In this document: positions 1-14,822 of the stretch, piece after piece
How the letters are laid out: every line of letters starts with the position of its first letter
How positions within the stretch are numbered: position 1 is the stretch's first letter
Assembly: GCF_964194155.1 (NCBI RefSeq)
Contig: NC_135881.1
Location: 133,238,001 to 133,302,000, forward strand
Source of the DNA: Cetorhinus maximus
Lineage: Eukaryota
Length of the DNA stretch: 64,000 nucleotides
Reading direction: 5' to 3'
Program-made: the position numbers and the translations under genes
The notes under the pieces: model-generated
What the model was told of the DNA's origin: nothing
Databases searched by the model: none
The model's input: only the letters and a program-made list of their open reading frames with translations

Positions 1-3000
1 GGGTTACAAGAAACAAAACCATAATGGCGAAATGGTACAAATCCATCTTACTCTCAATAGCAACTGACATGAAAAGCCTTAAAAAGTGTGCAGCAATATT
101 TGGTCACACAGCTTAGCCCTGGGCAACCTGAGTATAACAGCGTTTTATAACTGATTCTCAGCAGTAAATGCTCAGTGTGGTTGCGCAGCAAACGACCGGT
201 AGCTGCAGATTCCAGCTTTTTTTATTATTTTGTCTCATCGGGGAAATCCAATGCTACATATGGGTTCATGTGAAAGATGGATTTCGGTAGGTTAAACTAG
301 GAGCAACCTTCTTCTTAGGTAGTTGGAAAGAAGGACCACTTTAGTTGTACATAAAGGCATTTTTCAAGTCAATGGTTACGGAACGTTATGGCTTTGCGTT
401 ATGTGTATCTGTGTGAACTGGGCTCAATTCTAATTATTTGATTCGTTCCATCTCGGCCAGGTCGAATAAGATGACATTTAAACGATGCAGCTACAGTGAT
501 GAGTTAATGATTTGTTAATAAGTGAAACCGAAAGAAACCAACTTTAGCAGCAAAACTTTCCGCAAAGAGGCACAAAAATATATGTAAGCTCTAAGTTGCG
601 TATGGGTTTGTTTTATCTCAAATCACAACTAGCAGGGTAATTGCGGCGCTGTGTGTTTAGGTATCATTTTAAAATATTTGCAGATTTTCCCGCTGGCTGG
701 ATCGTGGTGATAGCTGCATTTGTACATTCCTTTCGTGTAATAGACACCACTGGTATTGCAATGAAGCTGTCTCTCTAGAACAAGGTCTCGTTTTAAAATA
801 CTGTTCTCGCCATTCTCTAGCCCGGGACGTGGAACAAGCACTACATTAAGTGCACTGTGACTGATATCATTGCATTGAAACTAGTGTTTGTTTTGGCTCC
901 CCAGATTTTTCCACACTGGCGGGCAGAAATGTCTTGTTTTTTTGTTGGTTCCACTTTTAACAGGTCACCATTTGGTCTGGCGGAAATTTCCAAGGGTTCC
1001 TTTTACTGTTTGAATTCTACCTGCTAAAAGCATGATGGATCGGGAAAGACCAAAAACCTGAAGAACTGGCGTTCTTCTTCATGACCACGGTGTGAACTTT
1101 TCTTCCAACCAAACGATAATAGGCTCTGTCTCTGAAACTACTCTTAATTTGATGTATGGGGGTCACTGGGCCGGGGGAAGAGTTGGGAGCCCAGCCCACA
1201 GAAAGCGTCTGCATCATGAGAAACCGGCAGCAAACGTAGCACTACTCTATTCAAGTGGTTCCGTTAATTATCATCTTCTTAAAAATTCTGCAATCCTTAT
1301 ATCTCATTTAAAGAGTCATTTTAATCTGCTTCTCCCGTGGAATAAATGTCAATTAAAACGACAAAATGGAATTGTTTTCGTATCGCATGTACAAAGCTCA
1401 CTCTGGGCCTGCAGATCTTTGTTTAACACACACAAAAAATAATCCGGTTATTTTGTCACGGTTGTACAATTTCAGTAGGTTAAGGTATCTATAGATCTGT
1501 TGTCATGACGAGATTTTTCTTTATTTTGAGTAAGAAACATGGCCCAGGCGGGCAAACCATTGTTTGCTAGGCCTTTCTTTGCTGCAGTCACACTAATACA
1601 AAGGAAAATACACTAGTAAAGCGAGCCCATCCATTTTGTGATGCTGCTAGGGAAATAGATCAAGCTCCCGGTGAACAGGGCTTCCCTGCACATTTTAAAT
1701 CCGAAAATTTAAAAAAAGCTTTCCTCGCGTTTTGTACATTTTTGTTGACCAATCAAATGTCCATTTCTAATCTGGTGCATTCCTCTGCTTCTGCAGAACA
1801 CATTTCGCAACATCCCATTGAATATGACCTGAACTTGGGAGCTGTCTTCAAAGCTACTGTATTTTTATTAGAGCTGTAAGCGAAAGCGAAGCTGCTCAGA
1901 TCAGTAAGGGAGGACGGAGTTGTGCTAAGTATAGGTTTCAAATAACATTTCTGTGTGTTTTTGAAACTGAATGCTTGAAGCAATAAAAATGCTTTTGAAA
2001 AATAATTGTAACGTCCTGCGCTTTGAATGAATCACCTCCATTGTTGTTATTCGCAGCACTGAATGTTCCCGAAGCATTTTGTAAAGTGGAAACCATTATG
2101 TAATGAGTGGTGCGTCGCAAACTGTCCAGTGTTGCGCCTGAAACCACAGGCCTCTGGGTAGGTCTAACGAGCTGATAACCACCATTGGGGACAATAGTAT
2201 ACAAATTATTGAATTATTGGGTTTTGCTGCTAAGGAGTTGTCAATAATTTGTTTTGTTTCGAGATATTCTTGCCATATTATCAGACCTCGCTCTCAAGCA
2301 TGCAGGTATAAGCTATTAGGAAAAAACTGTGGTTTACTCTTAGTATTGTGAAAAAAACAATTACTGGTAATCCTTAATAAACGGAGCTCACACTTCAATT
2401 TTTTCCTTTGGTTTCTCAGACTTGCGTGCTATCCGCCATTTTTCTTTCAACAGCAACCACAAGCTTAACTCACCTGTGTAAACGCTTTGCATCTAATTCT
2501 ACGCGATTGCACCTCAGTATTTTGTCAACCAATTTCCTCATTGTTCTAATCTTTTAAAAAAACATATTACCCTTGAGTACTATTCTTTCTCATTCTCTTT
2601 ATATGTTCCAATACAGAAATGGTCTGTGACTGTAAACTGACACCTTGCATTGATAACACACAAGCTCTTCTACTCTCACAGAAATACATTTCCCTCTGCC
2701 AATCAGATAACACGTTAGAAGAAAATCTTTCTCTAGTGGAGTAAAATATGGAGTCATGACAAACAAACTTTCCACCACGTTAGATATTTGTTAAATTAAT
2801 CTAAACCTTTTCCATCTACTTACACAGCTAAACCCAAGCCGAAATATATGTTTGTAAATAAAATTGCCCCCATCCCCCTCCCCAATAAACAGGTTTCCGC
2901 ATTCTCTACAGCACTACCAAGGGTAAGCAAGGTAAAAGAAAAAGTTGAAAAGGAAGCTCTGGCAGATTCTACCAAGAGCAATAATAAATGCTTTTGAGTT

Positions 3001-3170
3001 CACGTGTATAGTTGTGCCTCAGGCGGCAGTGTGGGCAGTAATAGATTTGCAAAACTTGGAAAATTTAGAGGAAAATACCAACAGTGCAGGAGAAACAGAA
3101 AATAGAAATAAAAGACTTGAATTCGAAGCCTACGGGTATCAGTCACGTTGTGAAAGGAAGCTATAGCATG

Positions 3171-3187
3171 TGAACTCTTCTTGAACC
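3171..3187 (-). promoter_or_regulatory. DR5 retinoic acid response element (Hox3-type RARE) with adjacent Pbx-Hox site at 3204-3215
   Basis: Minus strand GGTTCA-agaag-AGTTCA is a perfect DR5; TGATTTATGACC lies nearby; position is upstream of the expected HoxA3. Confidence 0.8.
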
Positions 3188-6100
3188 GAGATTTAAGTCA
3201 TATGGTCATAAATCACTGGGACATAAACTCCGCCATTCACGAGTGATAGCCTATTTGTGTCCAGCTTACCTTAGCCTCTGACGATAGACGCAGACCACGG
3301 CACAATATTTTCAGATTCACCGGGGAAATCGATAAGCAGGAGTTTCAAAACTTCCAAATTAAGTAGAATACAGGCAAACAGTTACCCTTACACGCTGTAA
3401 GTCACTCGTTGGCGACAACGGCAAATGGGGAAAGGAAAATGGTAGAGCGGCAAAGAACTGGCGAGAAGGCTTTAGCTTTTGGATGGACAGCCCTGTGATT
3501 ATGGTAGCGCGCCCTGGTCAGGGAGATAAGACTACTATCAGCTTTACTGGCTGCTCTTATCTAATACCAAAGAAATGGGTATGTTTCTTATGAATATTGA
3601 ATGCTAAAAGCGCGGATTTTAAGATTGCTGTCAGAGAGTACTGAACAGACAGGCTGGGTAAACTCCCCCGAAACATAGCGTCACAAGTGAAAATTATGCA
3701 AATTAACCAACGCGGAGGACACAAGCGCCCTGGTTTGGCAATCATTAAATCTTTACAATCATAACTTGAATCGAACTCGCCCCATTTCAAACAACTCACA
3801 TGTTAATAATTATATTGTGAAACAATAATAAGAACTAAATATGCGTTTAAACTTCCGCGTTGAAAGTGCTGCATTAACTTTTATTAACACCTTGTTGCAA
3901 AGAAAGGCCTTTGTTTGAAGTACAGCATGAGAATAGTGCAGAGGAAATATGACACAAGGGTGAAAATGCAGCCGGTTTCAAACAGGTTCAATTGGTTCTA
4001 AAGCAGAGCCAATGTGTTTTTTTTCCCCTATTCAGAGAACTATAGGCGTTAACGATGCCGAAATAAAAGTGTTTCAGACACAGGAGCGAAAAGTTACACT
4101 TCAGAAGTAAAACCGAGGCAGAGGAGGCGAGAACTGAAAGACTATACGGTATAGTCACCACTAATGCATACCAATGCTTCTGTCGTTTATGGCTACGTAA
4201 GATTTATGACTTCATGCACTAAGGCTGTAAACAGAGCACTAAAGTGAAAACACTTGCTCCTATCGCTTTATTGCGGTGCAACTGCTTGAAAGGGGAAGCC
4301 AAACAGCGTAGGAGGGAAGATAGGGACAAAAATTCACTCGTTTGCAACTTTTCAAGTAAGCCGCTCAATGTTCTATCTGTACTGAAGTACTTTATTGTCA
4401 ATGAACAGTTCTTCCACTTTTCTTAAAGTGCTGACTCCAACTTTTTCTCTTTCTCTTGAGATCGTAGGAAGATGGCAAAAAAAAGTAACGCCACGGATGC
4501 TGGATTTTTTTTTTTAAAAACTTTATATAACTTAGTTTGACTCCGTGAGTTTCAGTTAAAAAGCGTCTGGATAGAAATTGAAAGCGCCTGGTTTATGTGA
4601 GCGTATCTCCTAAAATCATCGCGAGCTCGTTGGGTGCAGTGAACTAAAATACTGGATAAGAAATGTTTTACGCCATTCATGATTGACGACTCTCCCTGCA
4701 GCTAGTTGCTAAGTTCTACAAAGAGAAAGTAAACGGAGAGGGGAGAGACGTTTGGTTTGATCTAAGGTGCCGATAATTTATTACAGCAGTCATAACTTCC
4801 ATTTCTAAAATATCTTGCTCGAAATTCGAATACCATAACCAAAAGTTTACATTTCCGCCAGCCATCTTTAATACTTAAATATGCTGTCTGCTATGAATTA
4901 GCATCCATTTTACGGCCTAGAATGCATGCTGTATGTAATTTCTTCAGTAATTGATACATTTATGTTCATTTATTCAACTATCATAAAAACCCACATGTAA
5001 GTTAAATTGTTATAGCATACTGTGGTCCTTTTAGCTGATGTTCAGCATCACCGGCCGCCTGCACTGGGGCTAATAAATATGACATCTTGCAATGTTCGCA
5101 TTTGGTGTTTTTAACGATCATATGTCTTTTTAAAAATCATAATAGCACACAAAACTCACCGAAAGTTTGTTCAGTCTCACTGAAAAGTCTCTGATTGTAG
5201 AATTGTTATTTAATATATAGTCTGGAACGGAAACGAGAAACCATTAATTTCCACGGAATGAAAGAAAAGGCGTCGGAGAACTGAAAAATCTTGGTTTAAG
5301 TAAATCGACTAATTCTGCATGGATTATTAACGGGCAAAAAAAAATCTAGCTCCTTAAATCAGTTGTACACACATGATAACATTCCAATAAGTGAGAAAAT
5401 AATCTCTGAACTATGTTAAGGTTTTTGTGGAATATTGAACGAAATATTTCAAGCCGAGGATGTATCATAAAAAAACCTTATAGATTTTCTGTGCATCTTC
5501 GCTAATAAGGCAGTTTATGTATGTATCGTTTTCAAATATATCTGTACGAATCCCATTTGCTCTCAAACACTGTAAAAATTGTATTATTTGTGTGTCGTTT
5601 AGCCTTGTCAAATTTACGCCAAGACTGGATAATAAATCAGCAAGAAACAGTGACGTGTAATCCGAACTGCAATTAAATTTTTAATGTGTTTATTAAAAAA
5701 AAATCTTTGCCCAGTGTTTGCATTTAACTTTGAGTCGGCCAGATGGGGCGGGGGACAGTAAAAACCGCAGATATATTGCAATAATCTAAATAGAGAAGCC
5801 AAATCGAGAGTTCAAAGTCCAATGGGGACAAAAATATCAACTACAACAATGCTTATTCTACGGACATGGTACATTTGAGAAATGATAGTTCGCAAAGTAA
5901 TGGTATCTTGCAGTAAATGTATTGCATTCATACCCATGTAGCGTAGGACCCAATACATCGCAGAAAATAACTTTGCTATTCACAATGATTTTTATCCCCC
6001 CAGCACCCCCTCCCCCCAGCCGATTTAGTTTTAGTTTACGCGATTGGTAGAATTACGGTAGGGTACTGATCTGGCTATCAATAATTGCCAATGTGATTTG

Positions 6101-9032
6101 TCATATATAAAAAGAAGTAAAGCATTCGTTAAAGCAGATTGCATTGGCACCGCTGTCCCAGCACACCGAAAACATAAATCAAATCGCAACACCCTGACCT
6201 TTCCTGAGCAGGACTCACTGGTGGGTGCAATTTTATATAACATTTGCACCCCCAGCATAACATAACGAGTCTTTTTCCAGTCTTTTATTCATCGAGCATG
6301 TATTCTTTTTTTTAAATGGCAGCATTGGTTTAGGTTGTATCGCCTTTTAATTCATTTCGTTAAATTCTCCAGGCAATCGGTATTCCAACGCAATGACGGC
6401 CTGCTAGTAAATAATCCCCCCACCCCCCACCCCCCACCCCCGATTCAGCCTGCTTTATGCCTTACATTAATCAAATACTACCACTGTGAAGATGAACAAA
6501 TAGGGGCAATTTTTAAGCAACAATGATTTTTTAAAATTTCAACCTTTGATGGGCTGCCTTTCTCTTCACAAAATCACTGCATGTCTAATATAGGAACATA
6601 ACATTCAATGCCCATCCATTAAGCAATGTGATTTTCAATGAAATTTCAACAGCCACACACTTAGCAACGCAAAACCTAAATCATCTCATTCTGGAGATAC
6701 CACAATTCACAAACTAGCTGAGTAGATTTCTAAAATGGACGAAGAGCCATTCATTGGAGCACATTACATAATGAATAAAATGCCAAAATAAGTAAATGTA
6801 TATTCATCCCCATGTGATACAATAATCGTTCCTATTTACAGCTATTAGAGCCAGAAATATTGGCGCTAAATTTTATGTAATAAAAATACGATGTTTTGTT
6901 TGTACATATTCGGACAGAGAGCGGCCATTGACAGGATTTCAATATTCAATTGTTCGTGTTTAAGGACAACACACGCATGTGATCCGAGCAGTATTCTACA
7001 AAATAACTTCTTTTGTATTTACCATATGGGGAGAAAATATTATTGAAAATGGATTATGTGCCGAAGCAAACAGAAAAGGGGAATCTAAGCGTGTTCTGGC
7101 ACAATCTGACACCCGTAAGCCTTTCCACTGACCTTTGCCTTGAACAGCAATAACTCACCATATTAATGAACAATCAACGGAAGCATTTGGAGTACCTCAA
7201 AATAAAATCCATTCCGCTAAATGCAGCATCTCCCCTGCTCGCATATATTCCTTCATGTGAAATCCAGTGCCCAGAGTGCAATCCCTTTAGAAGAAAATAG
7301 CTGGCTCTTAACAGAAAGTGGAAAAGCGTAATCACAGCCGAAGCCAGCATAGGTCTCCGATCCAAATGCCACAATAATGCGCTGTATTATGTGCTCACGT
7401 GGTCATACGTCAACTTAAATCCTTTTATTTGAATTTGGGAGATAATTAAAGGAGCACCTTTTTCAGGCAAAACCTAACTTTTTACCCAACAAAACCTAAG
7501 AAGTTTCTTAAGCAGAGTTTTGTTGGTGTTGCAGAAGGTTGCTCCGCGATAATTCTTTGCAGGAAATCCACGATACGGTAAGTTGTGTCGTCTGTATCTC
7601 ATAGTGTAAAAGACCTCTATCCGGAGCCTGTAGACACAACTACTTGGAACGGAGGAATAGCTGTTTGTAGCGCAAACGGGAGTTTAAATCGACCTATGAA
7701 GAAGGGAGCACTTCACATTTTCGACAAAAACAGCCAAATAAGCAGGGAAGTCCCACAGTGGTTAAGCTTCCACGCGAATTTCCCTTTTCAGAACGTGCTA
7801 TTGTACTGGACTTGCTTAACACCCACACGTTACACCATGCTAGTTATTGAGACTAGAAAAGGTTTATAATTACCTGACAAAGACAAAGCAGTGTCCCAGA
7901 AAGCCTAGGTGATTTTAGTGAGGGTAGCACAGAGTGAGGAGTGGACTTGACAGCGATGTGTAATGATTCTGATTTCTTTTCCAGTAGAATCGTAAATCGT
8001 GTCTGTAGGGACCTTCATGCAAAATGTGTGCTTACACGTTTTGTGCCAATTGAGTGATACATGGAATTTATTGCGGAAGAAAGTACAAAATAGATTCAAA
8101 TGCAATATATGTTAATAGTGATGCGGAACCATTGATGAAAAAAATGGCCATTATGTATCTTTATGGGATAGAATTGAAATCTCTGGTTCTTTCTCTATCA
8201 GATGTACCTTACTTTAGTGCAACACGTATGGAAAGTTTGGGGGCAAGCAGTAAGTATTTAGGAGAAAATATCAAGGCACCTGCAATTTCCATATGGCTTA
8301 AGTTGTTAAAAATCACAGTTCATGTAAGAGATTCATAATTAAAATGTCTCTATTCTAAGCACGTAGGTTCTTCAATTTAAATTTAATTATAAAATGTGCC
8401 TTCTCCATGTAAGTTCCGTCTTGAGCAGGGTCCCTTCATTCTGTTGCTTATACTTTATTTTGCCCCTTCCACTTCCCCCTTTGCTTCCTTCTGTTTATTG
8501 CCATTTTGAACACCTTGCCCTGAAAGTTGTTCTATAAATATTCACCTCAATCTGTTTTACATGATATAGACACGTTTCCTTTAAGCACTATTCTTACATG
8601 TAAACATTGTTTAGTGTCACAAATGATCGAAAGTTGCTTTAAGCGTCCAATTCTACAGTTTTAGGGAAACCTCTATATGTAGAAAAAAGTTTGAGCTGGA
8701 CAGTTAAGAATAGCTGGCAGTGAATTGAGTTAAATTATAATCATTACAGTAACTTCAAGTGTCAGGGTACAAAAGGAAGGCGTGTTTATTGGTCTCCCAA
8801 CCTCAGCAAATTTGAGAAAGGTTAAACATTCTTCATTTTCGCTCCGAACAAAATCCGTGCAATCGTCTTACAAAGGCCGCAGTTAAACTTTCAACACCCA
8901 GAGTAAAACATTAATGAATAATTGATGAACGCCACGAAGCGAAGTTCGACATTTTAACGCTGAAATCATTTAATGTGCACATATACATACGTAAATATAT
9001 GCACATATGAATAAACATGTACATATCTAAAC

Positions 9033-9043
9033 ATAGATAGATG

Positions 9044-9081
<38 letters not shown>

Positions 9082-9104
9082 CAGACAGACAAACAGACAG
9101 ACAG
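9033..9104 (+). repeat. (GATA)n/(GACA)n compound microsatellite
   Basis: Tandem GATA units followed by GACA units. Confidence 0.95.
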
Positions 9105-12100
9105 AGGCAAAAACTTACGCCAGGTTTTTTTGAAATATACAAGAAATCTGAAAATGAGACATAGACGAGATCGGCTATTCGGAATCTAGAGTTAGAAGAT
9201 ATCTTTAGGAAACTGCTATTGGACAAGTGGAACCCATCAAAGCAAGAAAACAGCTCTCACAGCTCACAGTTGTATCTTGAGGCTAAAATTTCCAAAGTTA
9301 AACAATCTTTCTGTTCTAGCAACTGATTGCCATTTTTAATTTAGAGATGTTTCCGCAATGCCAGCACAAACTTTAAAAAGTATAAAGTTGAGCTTCAAAA
9401 TATTGCAGGACATAACTATAACCGACGTGTGCATTATAAAGATAGGAGAATCCGAAAAAAAGGGTAATCGGGCTTGGCGATAAGCAATAACTTCTCTTAG
9501 GGCAAGTTTTGTGTCATTAATTACGGACTGGGCCGGAATTTATCCTGTGTGCAAATAGATAGAGCTGCAAAGAAGTCTTATGGCTTACCTGATAATTCAG
9601 CCAAATCCAAACCAGCCTCAAAGGACAAATAAAGCCTGCTGCGAAATTGGTAATGTGCTTTACAGGGGGAAACTTTCAATGCATAATGAAGATTCTACAT
9701 TTTCCAGGTTATCCGGCTCTTTTAAATATATTGCTGTCTGCTTACTGGGGATAGTCTCTCTTTATGCAGAGTAAGCTTTTCAGACCAAAAAGGCAGGAGA
9801 AGGAAATTTCACTGCTTCATACTGATTCGGCGCTCTGTAAATACTGAACTGCTTGCCTTATAGGTTTCTGCAGACGTCTGGGGTACTGGTTTTCTGTGAG
9901 ACCTATGCATTAAAGAGAGAGAGAGAAAAGCAGCCCGGCAAACAAGCTGGGCCAAATCGAGGGGGAAAAAAAACCTTATGGAATCCGTTCACGTGACTTA
10001 AAAATAATTGTTAGCAGAATCTGGATCAAATCTGGTTATTAGGCACATGCAATAAAGTTTCTGTGGTTCATTGTTAGTCTAGTATGCTTGCAAACCAGCA
10101 TTGCATTTAAGCGGTGTTGATTTAGGAAACAGCTGCTCCAGTCTTGCGGAGAGCTAAGTCCCATTGCATTGCGAAGGTAAGAATGAAGCCGTGCAGCATG
10201 GCAGAGCAAATAGGGTTCGCACGTTAAGCACTAACCACTGCTACATGTTTCATTTTACTCTTCATTTTTTTAATGTCTATTTAGACATTAGTATGTAACA
10301 AACGTAAAACTAAAGATAAGCGAATAATACGTTTTTTTTCGCTGTTTAAACACGGTCAAATATTATTTCGTTTTCTTTGTTCTTTAGGTCAAATAAACTC
10401 TTTAGGTGGAAATATTAGACTCTGGGGCTTGGAAATAAAGTTAAGAAACAGGACCTGGTGCAAGATTTAGGCTGACACTGACCTGAATAAAATTAGAGTG
10501 ATAGCTCGGAGCATGAGAAAATGTTCCCAACAAACGAATGGCCGCAGTGAAACAATTGCTTTCTTTTAATCTAAATGATATAAACTTATACAGAAACTAC
10601 CTGAGAAACAAGCCAGCCAAGTATCAGTAAATTTTGTTTGTTTTCATTTTAAGAGTGGCCTTGTAAGAAACTCAGTTTTGTATGCGGGTGCAATTGTCAA
10701 ACCCATCACAACAAAGCATTAAGACTGAGTAATTTATTGCACTCCTCATTCCATGCAATAAAACTACTCTAGTTATCAACGGCACTTTAAACTAGCCAGA
10801 AAATTTGAGCATCCTTACCAATCCGGAACTTCATAAAGTCTAACAACACTATTTACTCGGATTGACTGCGGGCAAAGTGTTACCTTTAACCAACATATGT
10901 GCAATATACTGTTTATGGAGTGGTGGGAAGATGAAAGATTTGTTTGCCGTTTTACCCTGCAGGCCTATCGTTAGTCGATTCTTACCCGTGGATTATTTTT
11001 CTTTATTAAAATGCTATATTTTTTGGAATATTTAGATGTGATTTCTATTTTCACGTACTATTAACCATATCACACCCAAAACTTGTATTTGCACTAGATT
11101 TCTAATGTCGTAACTCGAAAATAAGTATTTATTTTGCAACATTGCTTTTTGCCTTTTAATAAAATTGCAAATCATATCGGAAAGTCCATCCATTTAGACA
11201 TTTACACCAAGCAAAAAGGTGGAGTAAACGGAACAGGCGAGAAGCTCTTATTTCGATGTTCGTTGTTCGCCTGGCAGTAATAAAACAAAGAAACCTGATA
11301 TGTATTACGTTCACTTCTAACCAAGGGTTTTCAGATCTCTTCACTGTATTTTATTGATTACAGCTATAGATTCGGGTGTTAGCTTCCTATGTAAACGCAA
11401 ATAGGATAAAAATTGTATGCTATCGTTATAAATACGGACATTGAAAAATATTGCATTGAGGTGACATTTGGTTCCTATGAAAAATAAATAGGTGGTTGTA
11501 CAAAGCACACCAGCCTTCAAATATGGTTACAAGCACTTTTATTTTGGCAATATGAATGATAACAAATTAACGTGCCCTACACAATTACAGTAAGTCTTTT
11601 TATGATCTTTTCCTCTGTCTATTTTTTTGTTCAAATTCATACAGGAGTTGAAAATGAGTATATATATTATTTGATAGTGTCACAGAAAAAGTTGCATTTC
11701 CTTTAAAAATGATAATTATGATATTCTGTTTTAAATAAATCAAGCTTTATGTTTCTAGCTCCAGTGAATTCTTTGAGGTTGCTGTGAACCCGAAACAAAG
11801 GAATTACCCTAGGCTTTTGTTCCTTTAAATAACCACCGACCTGACACTCTCAAATGGCTCCATGACTACCTTTTGCAGCCGGGTGATACATTTCAACGTG
11901 GAAGGAATCAGCTCTGCGGAGTGCACGCAACCTCTCATCTTATAACAGAGTTGAAAAAATAAATTACGTTTTCATTTAGTGTTCACTGATTCCGATGAAC
12001 TGCAGCACCAAACCACCTGTTACACTAAAATAAGACGGGTCCACCTGAAATCAGACGTTCGATTTCAGTAATGCAATCAAAGCAAAATATTTTACCTTTT

Positions 12101-14805
12101 AAATTCGGGCCCTTAAACCATCTCAATGCCCAATTAGACTACCCTGGAACGAGTCTTGATTCTGGATAGAGACAGTCTAGACCTAAAAGGAGTACATTTA
12201 TTGTCGTTAAAGAAAAACATTGTGAATCAGTTGCCAAATAGTAATCATAATGTATTTGTGCTGTTCTTATTTCAGGAGGTGGATCCAATTACAGACGTGT
12301 TTTATTGGAATGCCGGCCCGGAAACTGAAGACATTGTATCAGCCGTTATACTATTGCAATTATCTTGTTTTGATTGATCATAGCCAATAGTAAGAATAAT
12401 AAAATGTACTTGACTGGAGTGATGAGACATTTAATTAAGCGGTATGTACTTTTACTAATGATCTTTTATTGTAAATATTAGGAGTGCTACTTAATTATGA
12501 GTGCAAACAATGCACGTTTCTGGATCTACTTTCGTCAGGTACTAACATCCAATGCATCTATTAAATAAGAGTAAGACCTTTGCGAAGAACAAATATATTC
12601 TTTCACGAGGGCAAACTCCGTCCAAATGAGTTCAGAGTTTTTATCTGCAACATGATGGAAATAAATAAACAGGGTATTTTGAAAATAAGCAGGGTCCTTA
12701 ATTTGTCCTAAAAACACAACAATAAAGACAGGTGTTTCTGTACACTCTTTGGTCTTATATGTTTTGTCCGGTTCGTGGTTGCACATTATTTCCATGCCTA
12801 AGACAAACAGTAGACAGCCAGAATAAGTGCTTCACTTTGCTCAGAATTACATATGTTAGTGCATTTGCTGGAGCACCATAACTCTGCCACTTATTGTAAA
12901 TCGCTCAAATTAATGAATCATAGAGGAATTTAGCTTATGCCTCTTCATTTCCAAACGCTGCTGCCTACAGTTGCCTCTCAGCCCTGCGCATGTAAGAGAT
13001 GGTGATTTATTAACGACAGGAAAATTGAACAAAGCAGCACAGCTACACCGTGGTATCCAGGCATACATACTGTGAACTAGAACATCATCATATGTGTTTG
13101 TATTTGTTGCAATTAATCATGAAAAAAATCTAAAATATTACTGACACGCGAGAGACTGACTAAACACCATCACAGACATGCCGTGATTTAAATCTGAATA
13201 CTAAAGGGCGCTATTCATCACATTTATGACAGTATTAAGAAATAAAAAAATGTAAAAACATAAACAGAATAAAACACAGGTCACAAAGACACTACTCACC
13301 ACAATTCTTGCCTGAGTTGTGCCTCTTCCTTTTCTGAGACAGGTCTTCCAATTATAGACTTATTTTTAAGGAAAGTTCATTTTCACATCAGACTGAAACA
13401 GATCTAGTGCGAATACTGACGACTACATATCTATTCCGGACCGGCTGCATTAATTATTTAATGAGTCACGTGACTGGGGAGATTAAAATTTCAATACATA
13501 CACAGAGGAGACGCGTGACCCTTTATCTTGGAGTGTGGATTTTTTTTTCTCTTTGCGCCCCTTCTTAGTTGAATCTTTATTGTTCTGGCTTTCTTTTAGT
13601 CTTTGGATGCTTACTGGTAAGTGATAATGCAAAAATGACTGGCCTGTGCTGATCCTAGATTTGACAGGTCTGCCATTTGTGTCACCTATAGTTCGAACTG
13701 CCTCAGTCCAATATTCTTGGGCATTTCTTCAAGCTGTCTTTATTGTCCGCCTGACAGTTTGATATTGAAGCTCACTGTTACATTACCCCGCATATATAAC
13801 AGTCACATGTAAGACTAACTCTTTCATATATGACTTTACATCCCCCCAAGGCTGCTAAATTTGACACCAAATCGACCCTCACTAGCCACAGTCGATATTT
13901 TATTATACTTCTCAAATGTGTATTAGTTTTTGCTTTGTGTCTGGTATATGGGAGCCCACAATTACCGTAGTGCATTGACTAGTTGTTTTAAGGGTAGCAA
14001 CGAACATTGTGGTGTACAGTTGATTTAAAATACACACAATGAATTTTATGATTTGTGACAATCTCGTTCACTGTTTTAGATGCGCTTTAAACTCAAATTG
14101 TCGTGTTTTGAGTTTAATTAAATCATACATTTTCACATGCGTGTAGATAATTTTAATGAACAAAAGAAACGTTGCATCATTTTATTAAATCAATTACCTA
14201 TACATTTCCGAAAATGCTAGCTACAGGGAGCTACCGCCGCAGATATAGTTTCTAGAAAGCAAGCTTGTATTTGATAGAAAACATACTAGTTACTTCTCCA
14301 TTCAATAATCAGAACAATAGAGGCCCCTTAATAGGAGAATTGCCTCACTGTAACAAGTGAAGGATTGGATCCATCCTTTTAAACCATGACAACAATTAAC
14401 TACAAAAATGTTATTAACTAAACCATTTAAAATAAGCATTGTTTCTCACCACGCACAAGGGTTGTGTTTTTCAGCTTACGTATAATTTATCGCCAAGTAC
14501 TCTTTACACAAGCACGTCCCACACAGTAAAATGTACTGCATATGCACACACACATACATATATATGTTATACACACGCACACACACACAAAAACTTTTCT
14601 CTTAGTGTCGCCGTATTCTTAAATATGAGTTTCTAAAAGATGTTATTTGGACTCCTTATAAGACCTTTTTTGATAACAAGGTACATTTTTAACCTCTATC
14701 TGCAGGCATAGGAAATAGTGGAAAGAGCACTGTCCATCTTTTTAAAGGTCAAGGGTTTGAGGGGTCAGTCTGCACCGCTAAAAGCGGCTAATCGGTCAGA
14801 AAATC

Positions 14806-14822
14806 TGTCCTCTTGGTGAACT
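14806..14822 (-). promoter_or_regulatory. DR5 RARE 3' of HoxA4
   Basis: Minus strand AGTTCA-ccaag-AGGACA; matches the form and position of the Hox4 3' neural RAREs. Confidence 0.75.

Noticed and set aside
316-324. miR-196 seed match TAGGTAGTT
   Set aside because: Not in an identifiable 3'UTR; probably intronic or intergenic.
8966-9226. 86-aa ORF with YLSI repeats
   Set aside because: Translation of the GATA microsatellite.
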